Shown here in pieces: positions 46,978 to 55,738 of a DNA stretch of 59,712 nucleotides. The translations under genes were made by a program, and so were the position numbers. Numbering within the stretch: the first letter of the stretch is position 1; the number at the start of each line of letters is the position of its first letter. The DNA is taken from positions 1-59,712 of IMG/VR virus record IMGVR_UViG_3300036806_000195; one strand, written 5' to 3'. A model generated the notes under the pieces. That model ran no database searches and was not told the DNA's origin. It was given only the letters and a program-made list of their open reading frames with translations. Origin of the DNA: a virus. Taxonomy: Duplodnaviria; Caudoviricetes.

Positions 46978-47073
46978 GCAGGTGTAAGGGAGAGACCAGG
47001 GTGGAAGCTGGCTCTCCTGAGCAGAAAAGTTAGATCGGTATTGCAGCACAATTTTTAGAAAGAGGTAATTATC

Positions 47074-47976
47074 ATGGCACTTCAAATCAAGAAAGCTGTA
47101 AAGTACGGCGCAAAAATGAGACTAGCTCTTTACGGGCCTGCGGGCAGTGGAAAAACCTACACCTCGCTATCCATTGCTCGTGAGATAGCTGGTGATAAGC
47201 GTGTTCTGGTTATCGACACGGAGCGCGGCTCGGCTAGCAAGTACGCTGACACCTTTGACTTCGATGTCATAGAGTTACCAAATTTCCACCCACATACATA
47301 CATCGAAGCTATCAAGATGGCAGTAGCAGCCAAGGAATACAGCGTGCTTATCATCGACTCTGCTACTCATGAATGGGATGGGACGAAAGGCGCTCTTGAG
47401 CTAGCTGGAGAAAAGTTCCAAAATTGGGCTAAAGTTACCCCGATGCATAATGCATTTATTGATGCAATGCTCGATGCTGATATCCACCTGATCTGTACCA
47501 TGCGCGCAAAAGAAGAGCATGTGATGGAGAACGTTGTGGGAAAGGAAAAGCCTCAAGTTCGCTCAATAGGCATTGAGCCCATTCAACGCAAATACATGCA
47601 GTATGAGTTCGATGTGGTTGGATCGTTGGATGTAGATAATAATCTCAGTGTGGTAAAGACCAGGTGCTCAGAGTTGCACGGGTCAAACTTTTACCGGGCT
47701 GGCAAACAAATTGCTGATACTATGCTGAGATGGCTTGACGGTATTCCTGCTCCGCAGCCACAGATTAAGCATGCGGGAGCATTGGAGACTACCCCTATAT
47801 CAGCGGGATCCACTAATGACGGTCCTGCTACAGAGCAGCAAATGCAAACCATTGCGCGGCTTCAGAGCCAACTAGGACTAGAGCCTGCACCACTAGACGG
47901 GCTATCCTTTGCTGATTGCGCTCAGCTCATCAAGGATTACAGCCATCAGATAAACGCGAGAAGGAAAAGTGCATAA
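47074..47976 (+). CDS. AAA_24/Sak4-like ATPase (recombination)
   Basis: YGPAGSGKT, IDTERGS, IIDSATHEW, YEFD. Confidence 0.85.
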   Translation: MALQIKKAVKYGAKMRLALYGPAGSGKTYTSLSIAREIAGDKRVLVIDTERGSASKYADTFDFDVIELPNFHPHTYIEAIKMAVAAKEYSVLIIDSATHEWDGTKGALELAGEKFQNWAKVTPMHNAFIDAMLDADIHLICTMRAKEEHVMENVVGKEKPQVRSIGIEPIQRKYMQYEFDVVGSLDVDNNLSVVKTRCSELHGSNFYRAGKQIADTMLRWLDGIPAPQPQIKHAGALETTPISAGSTNDGPATEQQMQTIARLQSQLGLEPAPLDGLSFADCAQLIKDYSHQINARRKSA

Positions 47977-48024
47977 CAGCAGTACGGGCCTTGCGAGAGT
48001 GAGGCCCTAGGAGGGATTTTCGAT

Positions 48025-48210
48025 ATGTCTAGACACCTTGTCCTGGCGGCCTGTCACATCTGTCATGTTCATGATAGACCGATCAATCTCTACATATGCA
48101 GGTATTGTAGCAAGCCCGTTTGTCGGAAGGACTCGGAGCCTGTAGTGGGTAGCCAATTGAAAACGAGAGTTTGTGCAGAGTGTGTCAAGAAAATTACAAA
48201 AGCGCAATAG
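48025..48210 (+). CDS. small zinc-finger protein
   Basis: CHIC, CRYC, CAEC; GGAGG RBS. Confidence 0.55.
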   Translation: MSRHLVLAACHICHVHDRPINLYICRYCSKPVCRKDSEPVVGSQLKTRVCAECVKKITKAQ

Positions 48211-48248
48211 TACCAGGCTGCTCAGGTAGCCTAGAAAGTGGGTTCGAG

Positions 48249-48467
48249 ATGGAATGGCATGAAGTATTGGAGCTGATTGATGAGCTGATAGGCTTCTATG
48301 ATGAGAAGATAGAAGATAGCCCTGAATGGCCTGTTGATCACCGAGATATCTATATAGCAGCCAAGGAAAAAGTTCTCAAAAAGAGAGAAGCCGTTGTCGC
48401 AAAATTGCAAGAGCAAGACAAGGCTTACGAGCTTATGATGTTTAGGATGGCTCGCAAGAAAAGGTAG
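48249..48467 (+). CDS. hypothetical protein
   Basis: ATG 48249; helical sequence. Confidence 0.5.
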   Translation: MEWHEVLELIDELIGFYDEKIEDSPEWPVDHRDIYIAAKEKVLKKREAVVAKLQEQDKAYELMMFRMARKKR

Positions 48468-48484
48468 AACAGATCATCCAACTC

Positions 48485-48578
48485 TGCTACAATATCAGCT
48501 CGGAATAACGAGAGGAGGTGCTATCATGCGGAGCCCCTAAGAAGGGCACGCAGCCAGCTTGCACAGAGCTGGCTTTTT
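48485..48578 (+). other. Promoter, strong RBS, 4-codon minigene (MRSP, 48526-48540) and terminator
   Basis: TGCTACAAT; AGGAGGT; atg cgg agc ccc taa; agccagct/agctggct hairpin followed by Ts. Confidence 0.55.
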
Positions 48579-48736
48579 GTTATCTCTACCGAACATATAG
48601 CCTCGAATCGCAATCCTTATTATCACAAATGGCCACCTAAAGTACATATGGCTTTTTGTTGGTGGCAACATGAGCATTTTCTCATACTTTGGCTGTGGTA
48701 AGATGAGAGAAAATTCATACATCGAAAGGACGAAAC

Positions 48737-49486
48737 ATGCCACACTCATATGGTTGCTTGCCGGATCAGCCAGACCAGCGAGACCACAAGTACTCCGCGT
48801 CCTGGGAGCACCTAAACAACCTTCCACAAAGCGTTGACTTGCGCTCAGGATTGCCACCAGTAGAAGACCAGCTCGAACTTGGGAGCTGCACGAGCTTTGC
48901 AGCAGGCGCGGCTATCAGGTACGCACGCAAGAAACAAGGGCTGGCGGACTTCGTGACCTCTCACTTGTTTCTGTACTTCTGCTCGCGATTAAGGACTCAG
49001 AAGTACCTTGACACTGGTGCGACGCTCAGGGATACCATCAAAGCGGCTGCGCGGATGGGAGATTGCCCTGAGGCGGATTGGCCTTACGATATCTCAAAAT
49101 TTGCAAGCAAGCCACCCCAAGGCGCATACTTAAACGCCCTGCATGATCGAGCCATTAGCTACCAGAGAGTCACACGGTCCATCGCAGAGATGAAAGGCTG
49201 CTTAGCTTCTGGTTTACCGTTCCTGGCTGGTATAAGCGTCTACGAGTCATTTGAGAGCGATGAGGCGGCAAAGACAGGGATGATACCAATGCCTGGGAGA
49301 GATGAGCAGCTTCTAGGCGGACATGCGATTTTGATATGTGGATACCACGATGAAGATCAAAAGTGGCTTTTTCGCAATAGCTGGAGTTCTAGTTGGGCAG
49401 AAGAAGGATACGGGTTCCTGGATTACTCATATTTGCTCAATAAGGGGCTGGCGTCTGATTTTTGGGTTGTCAAAACTGTAGGCTAA
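48737..49486 (+). CDS. Papain-family (C1A) cysteine peptidase
   Basis: DQLELGSCTSFA (Q/C), GGHAILICGY (H), RNSWSSSW (N). Confidence 0.92.
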   Translation: MPHSYGCLPDQPDQRDHKYSASWEHLNNLPQSVDLRSGLPPVEDQLELGSCTSFAAGAAIRYARKKQGLADFVTSHLFLYFCSRLRTQKYLDTGATLRDTIKAAARMGDCPEADWPYDISKFASKPPQGAYLNALHDRAISYQRVTRSIAEMKGCLASGLPFLAGISVYESFESDEAAKTGMIPMPGRDEQLLGGHAILICGYHDEDQKWLFRNSWSSSWAEEGYGFLDYSYLLNKGLASDFWVVKTVG

Positions 49487-49566
49487 GCAACTCACACGAT
49501 ACCATAGCAAGCACTGGTAGTTGCCAGTGCTTTTTTATTTGCTTAAAAATTGGTCTCTAAAAGACT

Positions 49567-49620
49567 TGACAACAAAATGATGTCATAGTATACTTCTCAC
49601 ATGACAACAAAATGATGTCA
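49567..49620. promoter_or_regulatory. Promoter with two identical 19-bp operators
   Basis: tgacaacaaaatgatgtca at 49567 and 49602; TTGACA/TATACT promoter overlaps. Confidence 0.75.
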
Positions 49621-49642
49621 GTTGATTTAGAGGAGAAAAGAA

Positions 49643-49888
49643 ATGGCAACCCTTCAGATTGTTGGACCTTATAGAGTCAAGAATATTGGAGCCAATGGGG
49701 ATGTGTACAAGGTAGTTGAAATGATCGATCTTGAGAAGAATTCCTATTGTGAGCTAAACCCTGACAGGACTTATCTCAATCGTCAATCCGCATATGGCCG
49801 CTGTCGGAGGCTGAATAAGCGATGGCAAGATGATCATATGTTAGATGACAATTATGATGACATGGTTGCTTATTTTGGAAGTAAATAA
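49643..49888 (+). CDS. hypothetical protein
   Basis: GAGGAG RBS; promoter upstream. Confidence 0.6.
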   Translation: MATLQIVGPYRVKNIGANGDVYKVVEMIDLEKNSYCELNPDRTYLNRQSAYGRCRRLNKRWQDDHMLDDNYDDMVAYFGSK

Positions 49889-49910
49889 TAAGAGAGAAAG
49901 GCAAAGAAAA

Positions 49911-50159
49911 ATGAAAATTCGATCTGATAGACGCAATCATATTATTCGAGGTGCAGATCTTCACGCAGTCGAAGCGATCGTGGGGCATGAGATAAGCAGT
50001 CAGTCTGCTAGAGCAGTGATGTGGCAGACCGAGAAACCTTATTCTGAAGAAGTCGTGAATAGCCTCAAGGAAAAGTTCTGGAGAAGCAAAATTGCACTGA
50101 ACGTGCAATGTGACTATGAGTTTGAGGGAGACAGCTACCTCGATTTGGCTGTCTGGTAA
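49911..50159 (+). CDS. hypothetical protein
   Basis: ATG 49911 with RBS. Confidence 0.55.
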   Translation: MKIRSDRRNHIIRGADLHAVEAIVGHEISSQSARAVMWQTEKPYSEEVVNSLKEKFWRSKIALNVQCDYEFEGDSYLDLAVW

Positions 50160-50197
50160 AATTGCCATAAGCCTCTAGAACCTCCTAGAGGCTTTCC

Positions 50198-50995
50198 TCA
50201 CACTCTCCAATACTTTCTCGTCTCTAGCGACGGCTCTTCACTACTCCTCACAAGTCCGGCGTGCTGTAGCTGCGAGATAGCCGTGTAGGCCTTATTGAGG
50301 CGTGCTTGCCCTTGTGGCACTGAATGGTGCGCATGGAGCAATGACTCGACCTCTGCAAGCGTGTAGCCCTCTCTCTGCGATAGCATCGTGAGCACAGTAT
50401 CCGCCAGCTCATTCGACTTATTCAGCACAGCCACCACGTTCAGATCCAAGCCCTCAGTATTCCTCTCGAACTTGATATCCATCAGGCAAGACGGCGCTCC
50501 ATGTGTCATGCACTCGCGCTCAGCTATCACGGCATGCTCTCCAAAGTGCGTAGCTGCTCCTTCGACCATGCCGCGCATCAGAGGACAGAGCAGCCGGTGA
50601 TGGTCATATCTCAGTAAGAGCCTGCTATAGTCATCTGAGTAGGCACCAAATGGAAAGAGCGGCGTCTGGGCACGTGAGCCATTCATCTGCATGAGAAGAT
50701 CTCGGGCGGATTTTGCCCTCTCCAGGAGATATGCGCAATGCTGATCTATCCATTTGTTGTTGAGGAAATATTGACCGTACTCGCGCAGTAGCACAGGTGC
50801 AAAGATACCCGTGGCCACAGACACGCCTCGAACACCCTGGATGAAGAGCTCATCATTGTAGATGCGCGATGCTACGACCCACTTCGCCTCTATTCCCTCT
50901 AGCTCCTCTATCTTCTGCCTGTAAATGTCCCTCACACTACTTCCATACTTCTCTTCAAGATATTTCTCCCACATCGCTAAAATCAAACCATGCAT
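50198..50995 (-). CDS. H-NOX (HNOB)/V4R-like sensor domain fused to winged helix
   Basis: MHGLI...YLEEKYG, YND, LLREYGQYF, YxxxR, LCPLMRGMVEGAATHF, ECMTHGAPSC; AAGGAGG RBS. Confidence 0.8.
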   Translation of the reverse strand: MHGLILAMWEKYLEEKYGSSVRDIYRQKIEELEGIEAKWVVASRIYNDELFIQGVRGVSVATGIFAPVLLREYGQYFLNNKWIDQHCAYLLERAKSARDLLMQMNGSRAQTPLFPFGAYSDDYSRLLLRYDHHRLLCPLMRGMVEGAATHFGEHAVIAERECMTHGAPSCLMDIKFERNTEGLDLNVVAVLNKSNELADTVLTMLSQREGYTLAEVESLLHAHHSVPQGQARLNKAYTAISQLQHAGLVRSSEEPSLETRKYWRV

Positions 50996-51177
50996 GCTAT
51001 ACCTCCTTGTACGTTTGTTCTAATGCATTACAGCATATTACACAAGAAATGCTGTTTTACCAACAAAGATTGGAATGCATCAATTATAGCACAGAAGAAA
51101 AGGGAGGGTATCCAAGTTGGATACCCTGTGAGTGCTTTGCCTCTGCTATAGTTATCGGAAACCAGACAAGGCCTATT

Positions 51178-51399
51178 GTGCTTCAAGACCTGTTTCCGCT
51201 TCGCTTGAGACAACTCCGCAAAGAAAAGAAACTCACACAACTACAGCTCTCTATAGCCGTTGGTGTGGTGGTGAACTCAGTCAAGCGATGGGAGAAAGGG
51301 AAGAGATTTCCAGATCCCACAGAGATACAGGCAATAGCACAGGCTTTAGGGGTGCCAATCAGAGAACTCTTCTTCTTTCCTGAGCACCCAGATATCTAA
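51178..51399 (+). CDS. XRE-family HTH regulator
   Basis: RLRQLRKEKKLTQLQLS...SVKRWEKGKRFP...IAQALGV; start uncertain. Confidence 0.85.
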   Translation: MLQDLFPLRLRQLRKEKKLTQLQLSIAVGVVVNSVKRWEKGKRFPDPTEIQAIAQALGVPIRELFFFPEHPDI

Positions 51400-51616
51400 C
51401 AACTCAGCTTCTCCGTATGGCTGAGCTTTTTTCGTGTCAAGAAATCTCTACCGCCACGTCTCAATTTTTACCAAATCTCTACAAAGGCCATAACCTCATT
51501 CTTTGACATGTTGTGCGACTATGAAAGACTAACTACTGTGCAATAGACTTATTTCTATCTAGACATGTTGCACAAGTATATATTTACACAAGTAGGCATA
51601 TAGGAGGAGGCAGATT

Positions 51617-52510
51617 ATGGCAACGAGGCCCTTTGATCTCGCGATTATCCTTGCCAAGCAGGGGGACAAGGAAGCGCTCGCAGAGATTTACACGACAATT
51701 AGGCCTCTTTTACTGAGCTATGTCCGCTCTTTGCTGTATTCTGATGACATATCAGAAGATATTGTTTCAGAAGTTCTCTACATTATGGTACGTGATATTC
51801 AAAAAATGCGTCTTTATAATGGGAAAGCGTTTTATGGGTGGCTCAAGACTATTGCCTACAACAAGGCAATGGATCATCTCCGGTCCAAAGTGCGCACAAC
51901 GGACCCGCTAGACCGGAGCAATCCCAGATCTTGGGACGATCCGGCTCTTACTATAGAGACAGCAGAGCGAAACATAATTGTCCATGAGGCAGTTAAGAGC
52001 CTACCAGGCAAAACACGCAACGTTATCATCGGAAGTTTTGTAGATGGACTTCCGACGTGCACCTTAGCTCGCATGGCTGGCAAAAGCGAATCGGCTATCC
52101 GTCAAATCAAATCACGCGGGCTCAAAGTGCTGAGACACATCCTCTCGCCTCGCATGATTGCTGCTATTTTGTCCTGCGGATTACTAACGTCTGGCGGTTT
52201 CCTTTTCTTCTACGAGAGAAGCCTAGCGACTCCACAAGCGACACTTAGCCGTGTGATAGAAATTATCTTTCCTGGTGACAGCCACGGGACAACGCCACGA
52301 CAGATGCCAATGGAAGCCCCTACACTTGCGCCGCGACCCACTGCCACACCGTCACCCAGTCCGTCGCCTACACCAACACCGTTGCCCAGTCCTACACCTG
52401 TAACAACCAGCACAAAATCAGGGAATAAGCAGCCAGTAAGCCAGCCTCCAACTCAATCGATAGTGCCCTTACCATCAGTTTGCGCGCAAGGGATATGCCC
52501 CCTGCGTTAG
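51617..52510 (+). CDS. ECF-type sigma factor with C-terminal TM helix and Pro/Thr-rich tail
   Basis: GDKEALAEIY, SEDIVSE, FYGWLKTIAYNKAMDHLR, region 4 SESAIRQIKSRGLKVLR; AGGAGG RBS. Confidence 0.88.
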   Translation: MATRPFDLAIILAKQGDKEALAEIYTTIRPLLLSYVRSLLYSDDISEDIVSEVLYIMVRDIQKMRLYNGKAFYGWLKTIAYNKAMDHLRSKVRTTDPLDRSNPRSWDDPALTIETAERNIIVHEAVKSLPGKTRNVIIGSFVDGLPTCTLARMAGKSESAIRQIKSRGLKVLRHILSPRMIAAILSCGLLTSGGFLFFYERSLATPQATLSRVIEIIFPGDSHGTTPRQMPMEAPTLAPRPTATPSPSPSPTPTPLPSPTPVTTSTKSGNKQPVSQPPTQSIVPLPSVCAQGICPLR

Positions 52511-52851
52511 CTCTCTATTTGTTCAGAGTCGGCTTTTGTCGGCTCTTTTTTGATTCCTGCGATTTTTATGTCACACTTTTGCACTTTTCCCGTTCTTTAG
52601 AAAAGCAATTTTTCAGGAGGCTTATTGCACACATGAACATATGCAAATACGCACAGATTGATCACAGCATATCAATACGAGTTTACATGGCTTTACGGTT
52701 ATCGTGATGAGTGATTTTTGCCTAGATCGGCCTCTCCGTATGACTGAGGTATATCGATAGGATAAAATGAGTATTTTTACTCTAAAGACAAAATAACCGC
52801 ATCTGAGTATAATTGCTCATAGGCCACACCTACCTTTAGAGGTAGCATCGG

Positions 52852-53100
52852 ATGCAAACGGAGGAAATTTTAATGAGAAGGAAACAGGAAGGAAATTTCC
52901 CTACACCTCGGGAAGAGGACATTCTTCATTTAGTAGCAAACTGCAATAGCTACGAGGATATCTATACTCAATTAGGGTTAAGTAAGAGGACTGTACAAAA
53001 CCAAGTGTACAGATTTATGAAAAAGGTAGGACTACATAAAAAGGAACATCTCATCAAATACGCACAAGACAACGGTTACGGAAAAGGGGTGCCAGCATGA
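52852..53100 (+). CDS. Stand-alone LuxR/NarL-type HTH regulator
   Basis: PTPREEDILHLVA...LGLSKRTVQNQVYRFMKKVG. Confidence 0.85.
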   Translation: MQTEEILMRRKQEGNFPTPREEDILHLVANCNSYEDIYTQLGLSKRTVQNQVYRFMKKVGLHKKEHLIKYAQDNGYGKGVPA

Positions 53101-53238
53101 CCACTATCCTCAGCTCAATCCTCACGCTTCTTGCATCATTGCCAAGAGGCGTCTACGAGCTCCTCTTTTTCTGCTATTGGATGGTTCCAGCTTGGCTACT
53201 AGCAGTGGCCTTATTTGGCGATTGGAGGTCCTCATAAT

Positions 53239-53613
53239 ATGACCATAACTCTCATCAGTGACACAGCTACCAAACTACTGCTGTGGGGGATTGTCATCCA
53301 TCTATTTTGTGACTGGATTTTACAAAACGACTGGATGGCTCGCAATAAATCATCACTCTTGCACCCAGCCGCTTGGGTCCATTCAGGTATCCACTTCATT
53401 GGAATTTGGCTCATCTTTCCAACATGGGTGGCTATCCTCATCTTCATCACACATATCTTGATCGATACACGGGTCCCGCTCGTCTGGTGGCGCAAGTTCT
53501 ACCGACAAACAACCGAGGGTCCTGTTGCGCTTCACGTCGCATTCTGGTCGGATCAAGTTTCGCACATCACTGTACTGGCCATAGCTGCATTATTGACAGG
53601 AGGTATGAAATGA
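53239..53613 (+). CDS. DUF3307-family membrane protein
   Basis: HLFCDWILQ, HSGIH, THILID, DQVSH. Confidence 0.8.
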   Translation: MTITLISDTATKLLLWGIVIHLFCDWILQNDWMARNKSSLLHPAAWVHSGIHFIGIWLIFPTWVAILIFITHILIDTRVPLVWWRKFYRQTTEGPVALHVAFWSDQVSHITVLAIAALLTGGMK

Positions 53614-53801
53614 CCGCAATCTTCAGACTCATAGCAGCCATCCTCATCTCACTCTTCTATTTGCTTATTGTTATCTTGCTGCTCTTAGCCGTGCTGCCAT
53701 TTATCGCGCTCAAAACATCTCTGCAATGCATGCAAGAATATCAGGCAATACGTGCAGCCATAGACGACGAAGAGGAGTACTGGCAAATATACGGATGGTG
53801 A
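53610..53801 (+). CDS. small membrane protein
   Basis: GGAGG RBS; long hydrophobic stretch. Confidence 0.5.
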   Translation: MTAIFRLIAAILISLFYLLIVILLLLAVLPFIALKTSLQCMQEYQAIRAAIDDEEEYWQIYGW

Positions 53802-53908
53802 TGCATGAAAAGAGACGACATCGTGTGCATATGTGCATCAGTCATTATCATCGGCATTGCGCTTATATACGCATCAATGATACTAGCGGAAATGTGTAGG
53901 TAAAGATT

Positions 53909-54130
53909 ATGGACAATATCAAGAGTTTAGAACTACAAAACGAGGTAGAACTTCACACACTCAGACATGCTATCCAGAAGCGCATGGACGCATTGAAAGA
54001 AGAATGCAAAGGATACAAGAGAGAGGACGTTATTGAGTATACAACTCTCTATAACATCATGACTCGCATAAATCCACAACTAGACACTGAAGAGGTACCA
54101 TTCGCGAAGAAGAACGCTTGGATGCTCTAG
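53909..54130 (+). CDS. hypothetical protein
   Basis: ORF in operon. Confidence 0.5.
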   Translation: MDNIKSLELQNEVELHTLRHAIQKRMDALKEECKGYKREDVIEYTTLYNIMTRINPQLDTEEVPFAKKNAWML

Positions 54131-54150
54131 CGAGAGGAAGGAAGATAAAG

Positions 54151-54351
54151 ATGAATGGATTAATTAACGAACAACGCATCATAACAGCACAAAACCTCGC
54201 AAACGGCTATGACATGTTCATAGGCCGACTACTCAGTGATATGTACACCAATCCACATGACGGGCCATTCCTGCTCAATGAGCTCAACATAGCTATTGAC
54301 AGGAAACAAGAGGCTGAACGACTTGCTGAGATAGAGAGGATACAAGGATGA
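54151..54351 (+). CDS. hypothetical protein
   Basis: ORF in operon. Confidence 0.5.
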   Translation: MNGLINEQRIITAQNLANGYDMFIGRLLSDMYTNPHDGPFLLNELNIAIDRKQEAERLAEIERIQG

Positions 54352-54665
54352 GCATAGACGCAAAGATACGAGACGTAGAAGAAGTAGCAGAAGGCTACCT
54401 ACTACATCTAGAGCCGCGATGGGAGCCCAATTACAAGAGTTGGTCTTGCTGTGGACAGAAGCAACTTACTATCATCAATCCGACGTGGAAGCCAGAACCA
54501 GGACTGGCAATCTGGGGCGGAGGCATAGTGCTCATTGAGACAAAACCCAAGGCGCGGGAATACCACCAGTTAGGCTACACGAGGCTATTTGAAACGAGAG
54601 AACAGGCGGACAAAGCGGCTCTATCCTACGGCCAATCCACAAAGAAGCAGGAGACACAAGCATGA
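54348..54665 (+). CDS. hypothetical protein
   Basis: ATGA coupling. Confidence 0.6.
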   Translation: MSIDAKIRDVEEVAEGYLLHLEPRWEPNYKSWSCCGQKQLTIINPTWKPEPGLAIWGGGIVLIETKPKAREYHQLGYTRLFETREQADKAALSYGQSTKKQETQA

Positions 54666-54922
54666 CAATCAATCCAAACAAAGAACAGCAACTCTGGTAT
54701 AAAGGCAAGCTGCATATGGCGCATATTAGCGACCGTGTAGTAGCCAAAAACAAGGTTGAATATGGCACTACTGTCATTGACGGCAAATCTTACAAAGTGT
54801 ACAAAAACCCACTCATCGATGCATGGGAATTTATGAGACCTGAACGCAAGAGTTACTGGTGTGATGAAGGCGATGATAGCATGTTGCGTTTTACGCCCAA
54901 TCAAGGATATGCCGGAATATGA
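54662..54922 (+). CDS. hypothetical protein
   Basis: ATGA coupling, AGGAG RBS. Confidence 0.55.
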   Translation: MTINPNKEQQLWYKGKLHMAHISDRVVAKNKVEYGTTVIDGKSYKVYKNPLIDAWEFMRPERKSYWCDEGDDSMLRFTPNQGYAGI

Positions 54923-55036
54923 GCATCACAGGAGCAACAACCATGAACAACACGATGCTTAGATCGTGCTGAGCTTGTAGCGTATGCAAAGCAGTATATG
55001 ACAGAGCAGGAGAAAGAGGCATAAGGAGCTAGATAT

Positions 55037-55300
55037 ATGAGCAAAGGCACCTCAATTAGCACCGATCCATTCAGGCCACTTGAGATTGAGTGGACCTATC
55101 ACAAGTATCGTTTTGAGCGTCAAGCGGATGACAGCTTCAAACAAACACCACAGCATCACGTGACGCTCAAGTTACCTGCGCTCTCCAATCGTGAGGAGGT
55201 ACGGCTCGTGAATATGGCACCTGGCACAGCACTCAATCTGCTTAAATGGCTGCAAGAAAACGAAGAGCTGATCACTCAACTAGCACAAGAGGAGACATAA
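55037..55300 (+). CDS. hypothetical protein
   Basis: AAGGAG RBS. Confidence 0.55.
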   Translation: MSKGTSISTDPFRPLEIEWTYHKYRFERQADDSFKQTPQHHVTLKLPALSNREEVRLVNMAPGTALNLLKWLQENEELITQLAQEET

Positions 55301-55738
55301 GCTTGAACAATGACAGCTTTGACGAACAGCGCTTCATCCTCGAATGGCACCTCGAATTCTGCTCAGCATGCGGGTGCTTCGTGCAGATGGCTGCACATAC
55401 AGAAGAGCGTTGTGAGCGTACACGAGGCATTATCGGCAATCTCATAGGTGAAGTGCAGAGAACAGAGGTTCCACAAGCGTTTTACAAGGCTTTTGAAGGT
55501 GAGCCACCATTTCAATGCGAGCAGCAATATGATTAGAGATGTGAAAGGAGAGAGTAAATGGTAGAACAGCAAAAAGAGACAGTATCACGAGAAGAGTTCG
55601 AAGCGCTGAAAAAGAGAGTAGCAGGACTTGAAGAGATTGTGGAAGTTCTAGAGCAGTCTGAGCTATCTATGGCGCAAATTATACGTGAGATGGTTAAGTT
55701 TTTTAAAGGCGATAAAGTAGAAAGAAAGAGTAAGTAGA

